Source: Candidatus Actinomarinales bacterium
GTDB taxonomy: Bacteria > Actinomycetota > Acidimicrobiia > Actinomarinales > Actinomarinaceae
DNA length: 57,550 bases
Assembly: GCA_004214055.1 (NCBI GenBank)
Contig: SGYT01000001.1
Coordinates: 1 to 57,550, forward strand
Direction of reading: 5' to 3'
A model generated the notes under the pieces. That model saw only the letters and a program-made list of their open reading frames with translations, made no database searches and was not told the origin of the DNA. A program made the position numbers and the translations under genes. Below, in pieces: positions 37,839-47,466 of the stretch. Each line of letters starts with the position of its first letter. Position 1 is the first letter of the stretch.

Positions 37839-38309
37839 TTATATACTAGGGATAAAAGATATTGCTTTAGGAGAAAGTGGTTTTGCTAAAATTCTTTCTA
37901 GAATTGTTCTAGCTAAAATTGGATCGTCAAGTATTTTTGAATAAATTAAGTAGCCAGCAAGAATCCCTGGTACTTCTTCATCTAAATATTCTCTGTGTAT
38001 TAAAAGCTTTATGTCTTTATCAGAAAGCGCTTCCTTAATAGCTTCAAAAATAAGTTTGATAGATTCATACGGTGCATTCTCAGAAAGAGGAAAATGATAG
38101 GTTCTAAATCCAACTTCTTGATAATTTTTTAAATTAAAGTCAGAATCTAATAATGAAAAAATTGAGTTAATGCCTTGACTTTTCAACCACTGAATTTCTT
38201 CTTCTCTTCTAATTTTCCTAGAAGTTAAACCACCTCCACCAATACATTCAGATACAGCAAGCTTTCCTTCTATTACCCAATAAAAATCGTTTGGTTTCAA
38301 ACCTGCCAT
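37839..38309 (-). CDS. dual-specificity-phosphatase-fold protein lacking the catalytic Cys/Arg P-loop
   Basis: It matches the small DSP/PTP layout: FYWVIEGKLAVSE at the N-terminus, a HFPLSEN block where the general-acid loop sits, and a helical ILAGYLIY after the P-loop position. The HCxxGxxR motif is replaced by HREYLDEEVPG. Confidence 0.45.
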   Translation of the reverse strand: MAGLKPNDFYWVIEGKLAVSECIGGGGLTSRKIRREEEIQWLKSQGINSIFSLLDSDFNLKNYQEVGFRTYHFPLSENAPYESIKLIFEAIKEALSDKDIKLLIHREYLDEEVPGILAGYLIYSKILDDPILARTILERILAKPLSPKAISFIPSI

Positions 38310-38352
38310 TTACTTCCTCATAAATTACTAATTATAAGCTTACACTCAAATT

Positions 38353-39096
38353 TCATTTATCTATATGTAATCGCACCAATGAAACACCTGAGTTATAACA
38401 ATGATCCAAAAGAGCTTCCTTACTTAATGAAATCAAATCTAGAAAACGTTTATTTGAGTAGCCAACAACAATTGGTAATTCTCCAGCTAAATGTTCTATT
38501 TTTAATAATAACCTAGCTGAATCCTCGATGTTTTTGCCAAAACCTAGACCAGGATCAATAGCAATTTGTGATTCATGTATACCCAAATTAATTAATTTAT
38601 AAACTTGTTTGTTTAATTGAAGATTAACTTCCTTAACTACATCTTTATATTCCATCTTTTCATGTAGATTCTTAGAAGAAGGGTGCCTGTGTACAATAAT
38701 TAATCCGCATTTGGACTGAATAGCCTTGCTTATTATTTTTTCATTATAAAATCCGCTAACATCATTAATAACAGAAAAGCCGGCATCTAGCGCTTTGGTT
38801 ATTACCTCTAAATTGGTCGAATCAATAGAAAATTTAAAATTTTTTTCCATATTTTTAAGAAAAAATTCAAATCTTTTAAGTTCCTCCTCCTTTTTTAAAA
38901 TCTCAAAATTTGGTTTAGTGGAAATACAACCAATATCCAGAAACTCAATATTCATTTCTTTAGCTAATGAGAATCTATCGTTAAGAATTTTAGTTGAATC
39001 TAGAACTCCATCCCCAAAAAAAGAGTCTGGAGTTACGTTTACAATCCCTAAAATTGGTTTTTCTAATGTTGATAAAAAACTTTTCCAAGAAAACAC
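38353..39096 (-). CDS. folP: dihydropteroate synthase
   Basis: Pterin-binding TIM-barrel motifs (GIVNVTPDSFFGDG, DIG..ST.P, DPGLGFGK). Confidence 0.9.
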   Translation of the reverse strand: MFSWKSFLSTLEKPILGIVNVTPDSFFGDGVLDSTKILNDRFSLAKEMNIEFLDIGCISTKPNFEILKKEEELKRFEFFLKNMEKNFKFSIDSTNLEVITKALDAGFSVINDVSGFYNEKIISKAIQSKCGLIIVHRHPSSKNLHEKMEYKDVVKEVNLQLNKQVYKLINLGIHESQIAIDPGLGFGKNIEDSARLLLKIEHLAGELPIVVGYSNKRFLDLISLSKEALLDHCYNSGVSLVRLHIDK

Positions 39097-39097
39097 T

Positions 39098-39661
39098 CTA
39101 GTTGAAATTTAATATTGCTTCTGAACGCAAAGAGTAGTCTAATTCATATAAGCCTGTTGAATAAGTAGAAACTATATCAGAGTTTGAATTTTTAGGATTC
39201 ATTATATCTGAACACAAATGCTTTGCATTTATTCGGACAAACACACCTTCGCACTCAAGTAAATCATTTATGGTGTTAGCTATTATCTCTGTTAATTTTT
39301 CTTGAAGTGTTAATTGACTGGAAAGATTCTCAACCAAGTCAGTAAATTTTGAGACGCCTGCAATTTTACTTGATGGAAATATTGCAACATCAACAAAACC
39401 AAAAAATGGTAATAAGTGGTGCTCACATAAGCTGATAAACGGTATCTGTTTAATATAAACTGGTTGATTATGTTCTACGTTATCTAATTCGCTAAATATA
39501 AATTCCCTATCTAAATTATTCTTTTGTAATTTCGATTGAATTTGTTCAAGAAACCTTTCTGAGATAATCATTGATTCTTCAATAGTTTTATTTGTATTAT
39601 TAGAAAGAAAATCGGCTAATGCTAACTTTGCTTGTGTATTTTCTTTTGTATTCTTTCTCAT
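39098..39661 (-). CDS. folE: GTP cyclohydrolase I
   Basis: The zinc-site motif [10 protein letters not shown]. Confidence 0.93.
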   Translation of the reverse strand: MRKNTKENTQAKLALADFLSNNTNKTIEESMIISERFLEQIQSKLQKNNLDREFIFSELDNVEHNQPVYIKQIPFISLCEHHLLPFFGFVDVAIFPSSKIAGVSKFTDLVENLSSQLTLQEKLTEIIANTINDLLECEGVFVRINAKHLCSDIMNPKNSNSDIVSTYSTGLYELDYSLRSEAILNFN

Positions 39662-41511
39662 GCTATTTTTAAAGAGGCTCCTGTTCCTTTAATCTTAACT
39701 TTTTTTATAGAGTTAAATATCTTTGCAATTTCATCTTTGTCAATAGTCTCTTTTTCAATTAATATCTTGACCATCATCTCCATTTGTTTTTTGAATTTTT
39801 TCAATATTTTTGCAGCAATTAGATGGGCGTCAGTTAAAAGATTCTTAACCTCGTCGTCAATAGACGAAGCTACCTCGTCCGAAAAGTCTTGTTGTCTACC
39901 GTAATCCCTGCCAAGAAAAACCTCATTAGATCCCTTCCCATATAGCATTGGACCAAGCTTGTCGCTCATTCCAAACTCCATAACCATTTTTCTAGCTATT
40001 TCTGTTGCTTTTTCTATATCATTAGACGCGCCTGTTGTTGGATCAGCAAATATAATTTCTTCAGCAACCCTTCCTCCCATTAACATTGCCAATCTATCTT
40101 TTAACTGTGCTTTTGATGTCAAATACTGCTCACCTTCTGGAAGTGCCTGTGTGTATCCAAGCGCCTTTCCTCTTGGTATTATTGTGACTTTATGAATAGG
40201 GTCTGCATTTGGAAGAGCCCAGCCTACTAGTGCATGTCCTGTTTCATGGTAAGCAATAATCAACTTCTCCTCATCGCTCATTATCTGACTTTTCTTTTCT
40301 GGTCCAGCTAAAACTCTGTCTATTGAATTTTCTATATCATCAATAGAAATTGTCTTTCTATCTTTTCTTGCTGCCATTAAAGCTGCTTCATTTAATAAGT
40401 TGGCTAGGTCAGCACCAGTGAATCCTGGTGTTTGTTTAGCAATAGTTTTAAGGTTTACATTTTTTCTAAAAGGCTTGTCTTTTGCATGTACTTCTAATAT
40501 TTTAGTTCTACCGCCTAAATCTGGTCTGTCTACTATAACTTGCCGGTCAAATCTTCCTGGTCTCAATAGCGCTGGATCTAACACATCGGGCCTGTTTGTG
40601 GCTGCCATTAATATCACTCCCTGATTTGATTCAAACCCATCCATCTCCACAAGAAGTTGGTTTAAAGTTTGCTCTCTTTCATCATGACCCCCTCCTAATC
40701 CAGCTCCTCGCATCCTTCCTACTGCGTCAATTTCATCAATAAAAATTATCGAAGGAGAAGATTCTTTGGCTTTCTTAAATAAATCTCTAACTCTACTGGC
40801 TCCAACCCCCACAAACATCTCTACGAAGTCTGAACCAGAAATGCTATAAAAAGGTACATCTGACTCACCAGCAACAGCTCTTGCAAGTAAAGTTTTGCCT
40901 GTACCTGGTGGTCCCACTAATAGAACTCCTTTAGGTATCTTTGCACCAAGATTATTAAATTTTTCTGGAGATTTAAGAAACTCTTTAATTTCTTCTAGCT
41001 CTTCTTTTGCTTCTTCTGCTCCAGCAACATCTTTAAAGGTAACTTTAGGTAACTTTTCATCTACTTCTTTTGCCTTAGATTTACCAAATTGCATAACTTG
41101 ATTTCCATTAGATCTAACTTGTGAAAACATAAAAAACATAAAACCTGCAATAAACAACCAGGGCAAGAATGCTATAAGATACTCCTGAAAACCTGCCGGT
41201 TCAGTGTCCGTAGTCAAAACTATATTCTGGTCAACTAATATTTGAAAAATTTCTCCTTCAAATCCTTCTGGGTATTCCGTTTGAAATACCTTGTCATCAT
41301 TAATTATTTTAAAATGAACAGTGTTTGATTGTTCTTTTATAATGGCCTCAACCACATTCCCATTGTTAATTAATTCCTTAAACTCAGAAAAAGTTGATAC
41401 GGTTGGTGAATTTATATTTTGATTGTATTGCTGGACACCAAAAAATATTAATAAACCTAAAGCAATATATATTAAAAAAGGCTTCGTTTTCTTTTTTTCT
41501 TTATCTTCCAT
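39658..41511 (-). CDS. ftsH: ATP-dependent zinc metalloprotease FtsH
   Basis: Walker A GPPGTGKT, the SRH region, zinc site HETGHAL and two N-terminal TM helices. Confidence 0.96.
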   Translation of the reverse strand: MEDKEKKKTKPFLIYIALGLLIFFGVQQYNQNINSPTVSTFSEFKELINNGNVVEAIIKEQSNTVHFKIINDDKVFQTEYPEGFEGEIFQILVDQNIVLTTDTEPAGFQEYLIAFLPWLFIAGFMFFMFSQVRSNGNQVMQFGKSKAKEVDEKLPKVTFKDVAGAEEAKEELEEIKEFLKSPEKFNNLGAKIPKGVLLVGPPGTGKTLLARAVAGESDVPFYSISGSDFVEMFVGVGASRVRDLFKKAKESSPSIIFIDEIDAVGRMRGAGLGGGHDEREQTLNQLLVEMDGFESNQGVILMAATNRPDVLDPALLRPGRFDRQVIVDRPDLGGRTKILEVHAKDKPFRKNVNLKTIAKQTPGFTGADLANLLNEAALMAARKDRKTISIDDIENSIDRVLAGPEKKSQIMSDEEKLIIAYHETGHALVGWALPNADPIHKVTIIPRGKALGYTQALPEGEQYLTSKAQLKDRLAMLMGGRVAEEIIFADPTTGASNDIEKATEIARKMVMEFGMSDKLGPMLYGKGSNEVFLGRDYGRQQDFSDEVASSIDDEVKNLLTDAHLIAAKILKKFKKQMEMMVKILIEKETIDKDEIAKIFNSIKKVKIKGTGASLKIA

Positions 41512-41557
41512 TATGTTTTAATTTAATATATTGAGGTTTAAAAGCAACCAAGAAAAG

Positions 41558-42070
41558 CTAAGATAATTCTGCTAAATAGGGTAGCTCTCTATATTTACCC
41601 ATATAGTCTAAGCCGTAACCAACTACAAATTCTGAACCTATTTCAAAACCTTTATATTTTATTTCTACTGGTATTTTTTTGTCAATTAGTTTTACAAACA
41701 TACACATAATTTCAATACTCTCTGGATTTCGAGATTCTAAGATGTCTATTAGAGATGAAAGGGTAAGACCCGTGTCGAATATATCTTCGACAATAAGAAT
41801 ATTCTTGCCACTAATGTCAATATCTAAATCTTTTTCAATCTTTATTTGCCCTGTTGATTCAGAGCCTTCATAAGAGGAGATGCTCATAAACTCAAAAGAA
41901 ACATCAATTTTTAAATTTTTTGCCAAATCACTAATTGCAATAAACGCTCCTTTTAATACTCCCAATATGATTAAATTTTTTCCTCGATAATCATTATTAA
42001 TTTCATTAGCTAAATTAATAATTCTTTCTTGTATTTCTTCTTCACTTATTATTTTTTTAGTAATCTTCAA
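41558..42070 (-). CDS. hpt: hypoxanthine phosphoribosyltransferase
   Basis: PRPP-binding motif ILIVEDIFDTGLT, 170 aa. Confidence 0.92.
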   Translation of the reverse strand: MKITKKIISEEEIQERIINLANEINNDYRGKNLIILGVLKGAFIAISDLAKNLKIDVSFEFMSISSYEGSESTGQIKIEKDLDIDISGKNILIVEDIFDTGLTLSSLIDILESRNPESIEIMCMFVKLIDKKIPVEIKYKGFEIGSEFVVGYGLDYMGKYRELPYLAELS

Positions 42071-43322
42071 TTGAGCTCTTTTCTATTGAAGCAGTTATTA
42101 TATTTGATTTTCCAGATTTTTCATACTCAATAAGTGAATCTGACTTTCGTATACCTGGTACCCAGTAGATTTCATCTTTATAGGAAACTACAGGCCAAAC
42201 TTCTTTTAATATATTTTTAATACCATAATTTCTTAAAATCTCAGATACTTTAACACTTTTTCCATCGACTTTTATTTTGTCACCACTCTCAATCGGAGCA
42301 ACTTTTATAAATTCTTCACTAGGAAAGGAAGCTGACCAGTTGTTACTATATTTTATTTTCTCTACTGAAGAAAATTTAAAAAGTCCTAAAGGATGTTCTT
42401 TACTTTCATATTGTTCTAACCAAATTTTTTTATTAATAAAAATTAACAAAGAATTCGAAACACCGCAACTCCAGTTATTATCAAAATCAATTTTTAAACC
42501 ATCTTTAACCACTGTTAATATTTTTTCAATATCTTTTTTCTGTAAGCTTGGAACTCCTAATGTTTTAGAAAGTAATGAAAGATACATATTGCTTTTAATA
42601 TTTTTTTCTTTAATTAGAGCTACAGGTATTTCTACATATCCTTTTGCAGTTTTTACATACTTAAAATCTAAATCTGCTGATTCAAAAATTGATTCAATTT
42701 CAATTATTAAATTACTAATTTTTTCTTCAATATTTCCTGCAAACTTTTCGTCTACTTTTGGAATTAATTCATTTCTAATCCAATTTCTGATAATTTTATT
42801 GTCAAAGTTAGTTTCATCATCTATATATTGAATATTGTTTTCTTTTGCATAGTCAATGAGATCATTTTTCGAAATTCCCAATAATGGTCTTTTCACTTTT
42901 CCTGTCATTTTGGGTATTGATTTTAATCCGCGAACTCTTGTTCCTCTAAGTAGGTTAATAAAAAATGTTTCAACTTTATCTGAAAGAGTATGTCCCATCA
43001 AAAGTATCTCGTCTTCTTCAAGTTCTTTATATAAAATTTCATATCTTGCCTCCCTCATTTTTGTTTCAGATGAGTTTTCTTTGAGGTTTGAATCTAAATT
43101 TTTATGACTTATTTTTAAATTATTAGCAATTTTATTAGCTATTTCTTCTAATTCTTTTGAATTTTTTTGATTGTGCCTTACAAAAACAGATCGTAAATTA
43201 TGGTGTTGTTTAGCAACAACATTAGCTAAAACTGCACTATCTACACCTCCGCTTAAAGCTACAACATAATTCTTTGATGCATCAAGATTGTTTGTAATAT
43301 CTTTATCAATTTTATTTGTCAT
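42057..43322 (-). CDS. tilS: tRNA(Ile)-lysidine synthetase
   Basis: PP-loop motif ALSGGVDS. It is adjacent to hpt and ftsH, as is usual. Confidence 0.88.
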   Translation of the reverse strand: MTNKIDKDITNNLDASKNYVVALSGGVDSAVLANVVAKQHHNLRSVFVRHNQKNSKELEEIANKIANNLKISHKNLDSNLKENSSETKMREARYEILYKELEEDEILLMGHTLSDKVETFFINLLRGTRVRGLKSIPKMTGKVKRPLLGISKNDLIDYAKENNIQYIDDETNFDNKIIRNWIRNELIPKVDEKFAGNIEEKISNLIIEIESIFESADLDFKYVKTAKGYVEIPVALIKEKNIKSNMYLSLLSKTLGVPSLQKKDIEKILTVVKDGLKIDFDNNWSCGVSNSLLIFINKKIWLEQYESKEHPLGLFKFSSVEKIKYSNNWSASFPSEEFIKVAPIESGDKIKVDGKSVKVSEILRNYGIKNILKEVWPVVSYKDEIYWVPGIRKSDSLIEYEKSGKSNIITASIEKSSIEDY

Positions 43323-43339
43323 TTATAAACAGGATAGTT

Positions 43340-43627
43340 TTATTTTTCTATGACCTTATACCTTTTTCTTGTGACTTGTCGAAAATATTGAACAACATTT
43401 CCAATTATTACTAATAAGGCTATCGCTACAGAAGTTGGAATAAGAAACCTATATGTCCAAGCTGAATCCTCTTCGACTTCAACTTCTTCCTCAATTACTA
43501 TTGCCGGAATTGGATCATCCTCGTAAAAAATTCCCTCTAATCCTTTAAAGGTAGCTGGAGCAGAATAAGCATTATTACTTAGTGTAATAATGCTTAAAAA
43601 AGTTATACCAGCAAGAAATCTCTTCAC
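43340..43627 (-). CDS. hypothetical secreted, C-terminally anchored small protein
   Basis: 95 aa with a signal peptide (…NNAYSA/P), an acidic EEEVEVEED stretch, a C-terminal TM helix and a basic tail. Confidence 0.45.
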   Translation of the reverse strand: MKRFLAGITFLSIITLSNNAYSAPATFKGLEGIFYEDDPIPAIVIEEEVEVEEDSAWTYRFLIPTSVAIALLVIIGNVVQYFRQVTRKRYKVIEK

Positions 43628-43687
43628 ATTTAAAGAGTACTAAAAGAATAAAAAAATATGACTCTATTTTAATTTATTTTTTAAAAA

Positions 43688-44794
43688 TTAAAGGTAGGAG
43701 GAGATTGGTTCAAAGAATATATCAGGCTCTAGTAAAAATGCGTCGTGTCCCTTGTCTGAATGAAGTAAAAAATAATTAACACAAACATCGTTTAACTCAA
43801 GAATATCGATTAATTCTATCTGCTCTTCAGGATAGAAACAAACATCAGAATCAACGCTTAAAACCAATACTTCTTTTCCATTAAGTTTTTTTATATCTTT
43901 TTCATCTATTTTAAAATTCTGCCACGCATTGATAATCGTTCGGTAAGACTCGGTGTTGAATCTTTCAATAAACTTTTCACCTTGGTGCATCATATAAGAC
44001 TCTTGAGGAGTTTTGAGAAAATATCCCATTTCATTATCCATATATTTTGATTCAGCTTTTGCTCTTTTTGCAAGAAGGTCTAAAGAAATATATGTCTTAT
44101 GAGCCACCATTCTTGCTAAAGATAAATATTCCTCTTGACGACTATTAGAGTCTTTAGCTAAATCCAATATATATGCTTGTTCTAGGTTATGTAATAACTG
44201 GATAGTTGATACTTTATGACTACTAGATATTGAGATTATTTTATCCACATATTCTGGATAGTTTATTGCAAATTCTAGTGCCATCAGGCCGCCAATTGAA
44301 GCTCCTGCTACAGCATGTAAAGATTTTACACCCAACATATCACAAACTAACTTTTGACTATTTTCAATATCCTTAAATGTAATTTGAGGAAAGCTATCAC
44401 CATAAATATTATTTGTAATCTTATCTATTGAGTTTGGACCAGTTGAGCCATAACAACCACCAAGGTAGTTGACACAGATAACAAAATATTTATCTGTGTC
44501 AAACATCTTTCCTGACCCTACAAACTCATCCCACCAACCAATTTCTAGCTCCTCGTTCCAAGGAAGGTTTTTATCATCAAATCTTTCATATTTGCCAGAT
44601 AATAAATGGCTTCCTGTTAATGCATGAAAAACTAGTATTGCATTGTCCTTAGAATCTGATAGCTTTCCATAAGTTGTATACGCCAGCTCTACGCCTTCAA
44701 GAACGTCTCCGCATACAAGTTCTAATTTTGGTACTAAATAATTTTGTATATTTTTATTTTGTACTGTCAAGAGCTTGCGAAAGGTCGTCGACAA
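43688..44794 (-). CDS. metX: homoserine O-acetyltransferase
   Basis: Alpha/beta hydrolase with nucleophile elbow GASIGG plus later Asp and His (SDVCF, KGHDAFL). The N-terminal YTTYG block is present. The exact start is uncertain because of a 41-nt overlap with metY. Confidence 0.9.
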   Translation of the reverse strand: MSTTFRKLLTVQNKNIQNYLVPKLELVCGDVLEGVELAYTTYGKLSDSKDNAILVFHALTGSHLLSGKYERFDDKNLPWNEELEIGWWDEFVGSGKMFDTDKYFVICVNYLGGCYGSTGPNSIDKITNNIYGDSFPQITFKDIENSQKLVCDMLGVKSLHAVAGASIGGLMALEFAINYPEYVDKIISISSSHKVSTIQLLHNLEQAYILDLAKDSNSRQEEYLSLARMVAHKTYISLDLLAKRAKAESKYMDNEMGYFLKTPQESYMMHQGEKFIERFNTESYRTIINAWQNFKIDEKDIKKLNGKEVLVLSVDSDVCFYPEEQIELIDILELNDVCVNYFLLHSDKGHDAFLLEPDIFFEPISSYL

Positions 44795-46034
44795 TATCTT
44801 CGATGTCCTCTATTCCTATTGACAATCTAACTAATTCAGGGGGTGATCCTGCAGCAACTAATGCCTCGTCATCAAGTTGCGAATGAGTAGTGGTTGCAGG
44901 ATGAATAGCTAGAGATCTAGTATCACCAACGTTTGCAACATGTCTAAACATCTTAAGATTATCAATAAACTTTTGTCCAGCATCTTTGCCACCTTTAATG
45001 CCGAAAACAACCATTGTTCCTCCTGTACCTTTCAGGTATTTTTCTGAAAGTTCATAAGCCGGATCATCTTTAAGACCAGGAAAGCGGACCCATTCAACTA
45101 AGTCATGATCTGAAAGATATTCAGCAGCTTTTTTTGCATTTTGACAATGTCTTTCCATCCTTAATCCTAAAGTCTCTAACCCACTCATTACCTCGAATGC
45201 AGTTTCTGGTGACATATTTGCACCAAGATTTCTTAAAGGAACTGTTCTTAATCTAAGAGAATAAGCAACACCACTCAAATCTCCTAAATCATGTCCCCAA
45301 CGCATGCCTCCGTAGCTAGTATCCGGCGTATCGTAAAGAGGGAAATTACCATTCCCCCATTCAAAGCCACCTTTTTCAATAACTGCTCCCGCAATTACTC
45401 TCCCATGTCCTGACATCCATTTTGTTAATGAGTGAACAACTATATCGGCTCCAAAATCAAGAGACTTTTGAAGAGCAGGTGTTGTAAACGTTGCATCAAC
45501 GATTAAAGGTATTCCCTTTGAATGTGCAACTTTAGATAGACCTTCTATATCTGCAACAACTAACCCTGGATTTGTAATTGTCTCAACATATATTGCTTTT
45601 GTATTTTTATCTATACTTTTTTCAACTAAATCAAGGTCTGTTGTGTCAACTTTTTTAGATGTTATTCCAAATTCTGGAAGTATGTTAGTAAACATTGTAA
45701 AGGTTCCACCATAAAGCTGTGTATCCGTTATAAAGTTATCGCCTTGACTCATTATATTTATCAAAGAATACATCACGGAAGATGTTCCAGAAGACAAGGC
45801 AACACACATTGCACCATCCTCTAATTCCGTCAATCTATTTTCAAGAGATCCAACTGTTGGGTTTGTTAATCTTGAATATATATTGCCAAATTCTTGAAGC
45901 GCAAAAAGACTTGCAGCATGTTCCGTATTATTAAATTGGTATGCAGTTGTTTTGTATATTGGAGGTGTGATAGATCCTTGACTATCAGCACTCGAATCAT
46001 AACCTGCATGTATTAGTTTTGAATTAAATTTCAT
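44754..46034 (-). CDS. metY: O-acetylhomoserine aminocarboxypropyltransferase (sulfhydrylase)
   Basis: PLP-dependent Cys/Met-metabolism fold with the Lys motif HSLTKWMSGHG and the YSRLTNPT block. Confidence 0.93.
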   Translation of the reverse strand: MKFNSKLIHAGYDSSADSQGSITPPIYKTTAYQFNNTEHAASLFALQEFGNIYSRLTNPTVGSLENRLTELEDGAMCVALSSGTSSVMYSLINIMSQGDNFITDTQLYGGTFTMFTNILPEFGITSKKVDTTDLDLVEKSIDKNTKAIYVETITNPGLVVADIEGLSKVAHSKGIPLIVDATFTTPALQKSLDFGADIVVHSLTKWMSGHGRVIAGAVIEKGGFEWGNGNFPLYDTPDTSYGGMRWGHDLGDLSGVAYSLRLRTVPLRNLGANMSPETAFEVMSGLETLGLRMERHCQNAKKAAEYLSDHDLVEWVRFPGLKDDPAYELSEKYLKGTGGTMVVFGIKGGKDAGQKFIDNLKMFRHVANVGDTRSLAIHPATTTHSQLDDEALVAAGSPPELVRLSIGIEDIEDIVDDLSQALDSTK

Positions 46035-46035
46035 A

Positions 46036-46150
46036 TTTTCTCCTTTTTCTGGAGAAGATTTTGACTATTTAGTTGCATTTCTGCCACATCTTCAAGCACC
46101 TTGGATAGTCTTCCAGGTTGCTGAGGTCTTAACCTTCTCTATATGCTTAC
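46036..46150 (-). promoter_or_regulatory. SAM riboswitch, SAM-I clan without P4 (SAM-IV-like), metY-metX leader
   Basis: The minus strand reads GCAUAUAGAGAAGGUUAAGACCUCAGCAACCUGGAAGACUAUCCAAGGUGCUUGAAGAUGUGGCAGAAAUGC...AUAGUC...UUCUCC-AGAAAAA-GGAGAA-AAU-AUG. P1 is CAUAU/AUGUG. Core strings AGAG, CAGCAACC and AAGGUGC are SAM-I-like. The P3 loop GACUAU is complementary to the downstream AUAGUC. An SD-occluding helix and a TATAAT (46160..46155) upstream are also present. Confidence 0.7.
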
Positions 46151-46179
46151 TTAAATTATATCAAATCTTTAAATAGATT

Positions 46180-47268
46180 CTATAAATTTTCTATTTTTTC
46201 CCAATTTCTATCGTTATGGCCAAAATGTGAAAATAAGGTATCTTCTTTATAGTTAACTTCAAGAAGATTAAGCCTTTCAATTATTGATCCAGGCTTCATA
46301 TCAAACTTGCTTATAAAATCAACTAATACTTTGTTTTCTGATTTTTCACTGCCAAAAGTTTCAACTGTTAGTTCGTATGGTTCAGCTTTACCAATTGCAT
46401 ACGAGACCCTGACTAGGCATTCATCTGCTAAGCCATGAGAAACTACATTCTTTGCTAAATGTCTCGCTGCATAGGCTGCAGATCTGTCTACTTTACTTGG
46501 GTCTTTGCCTGAAAATGCACCTCCTCCAACTGGAACAGATGGACCATAAGCATCAACCACAATCTTCCTCCCAGTAAGACCAGTATCTCCTGCTGGACCT
46601 CCTTTAACGAATGATCCGGAAGGATTTAAATCAAGAGTATATTCCTCTTTTACGTAATCTCCCGCAAGTTCAAATACTCTAGAATGCAAATCGTCAATAT
46701 CAATTTCCTTTTGATGCTGGGTGGATACAACAACTTTAGTTTTGTCCCCGCCTGTCGTAACCTGTACTTTTGAATCTAGATCTAACATCTCATCAGAATG
46801 TTGCATCTCCCACAAAGCCTGTTGGATGTTACGCGATTTATCAAAAGTTGGAGGCATAAGAGATTCTGTTTCGTTTATAGCATAACCTACCATAATGCCT
46901 TGATCACCAGCACCTTGGTCTTGATCGTCCTCAACAGCTGCTCTTATTTCTTCAGATTGAGGAGTGAGTTCATTCTGGATAGTTAGATTATCTAAATCAA
47001 AATCTTGAAAACTTGTTTTTATTGTTTTTTCTAGAGCTTCTTTTACAATGCTCACAACAGCTTCGTCTGTGATATTAGCAATCTCACTAATTTCACCACC
47101 TACTACAACGAGTCCCCCTTTTTCAGTCCCTGTTAAGAAAGTTTCTACAGCTACTCTAGATTGTTTATTATTTTCTAAAGCCTTGGTCAAGACATAATCT
47201 GAAATTAAATCTGCAATCTTATCAGGATGACCTGGTGAAACTGTTTCTGCTGTTACATATTTACTCAA
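46180..47268 (-). CDS. metK: S-adenosylmethionine synthetase
   Basis: GHPDKIADLISD, GAGDQG and GGGAFSGKDPSKVDRS motifs. It uses a TTG start 5 nt after AGGAGAAC. At 362 aa it is on the short side. Confidence 0.95.
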   Translation of the reverse strand: MSKYVTAETVSPGHPDKIADLISDYVLTKALENNKQSRVAVETFLTGTEKGGLVVVGGEISEIANITDEAVVSIVKEALEKTIKTSFQDFDLDNLTIQNELTPQSEEIRAAVEDDQDQGAGDQGIMVGYAINETESLMPPTFDKSRNIQQALWEMQHSDEMLDLDSKVQVTTGGDKTKVVVSTQHQKEIDIDDLHSRVFELAGDYVKEEYTLDLNPSGSFVKGGPAGDTGLTGRKIVVDAYGPSVPVGGGAFSGKDPSKVDRSAAYAARHLAKNVVSHGLADECLVRVSYAIGKAEPYELTVETFGSEKSENKVLVDFISKFDMKPGSIIERLNLLEVNYKEDTLFSHFGHNDRNWEKIENL

Positions 47269-47390
47269 AATAGTTCTCCTTTTTATATGTTCTTGATGGA
47301 GAAAAGCTATTTTTTGTTATAAACCACATATCAAAGCACCTTAGTTAGCTTTCTAGGTTGCTGAGGTTTTACCTCTCTCCATGCTTTTTC
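47269..47390 (-). promoter_or_regulatory. SAM riboswitch, second copy (SAM-IV-like), metK leader
   Basis: The minus strand reads GCAUGGAGAGAGGUAAAACCUCAGCAACCUAGAAAGCUAACUAAGGUGCUUUGAUAUGUGGUUUAUAAC...UAGCUUU-UCUCC...GGAGAA. It has the same core as the metY copy. The P3 loop AAAGCUA pairs with the downstream UAGCUUU. Candidate promoter: TTGAAA (47419..47414), 16 nt, TAACAT (47397..47392). Confidence 0.7.
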
Positions 47391-47466
47391 TATGTTAGTG
47401 CTAAGAAAATCTTTTTCAATTTCTTCTCCTTAAAACTTTAATTGTTGGAATAGCTACTCTTTTATT

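Noticed and set aside
42277-42831. 184-aa plus-strand ORF, the longest of many antisense ORFs in the track (others include 1414..1761, 4802..5173, 7345..7677, 9275..9655, 25947..26294, 27741..28091 and 52792..53094)
   Set aside because: All lie fully inside well-supported genes on the other strand. They have Ser/Phe/Leu/Ile-rich low-complexity translations typical of the reverse frame of Lys/Glu/Asn-rich genes, and none carries a recognisable motif.
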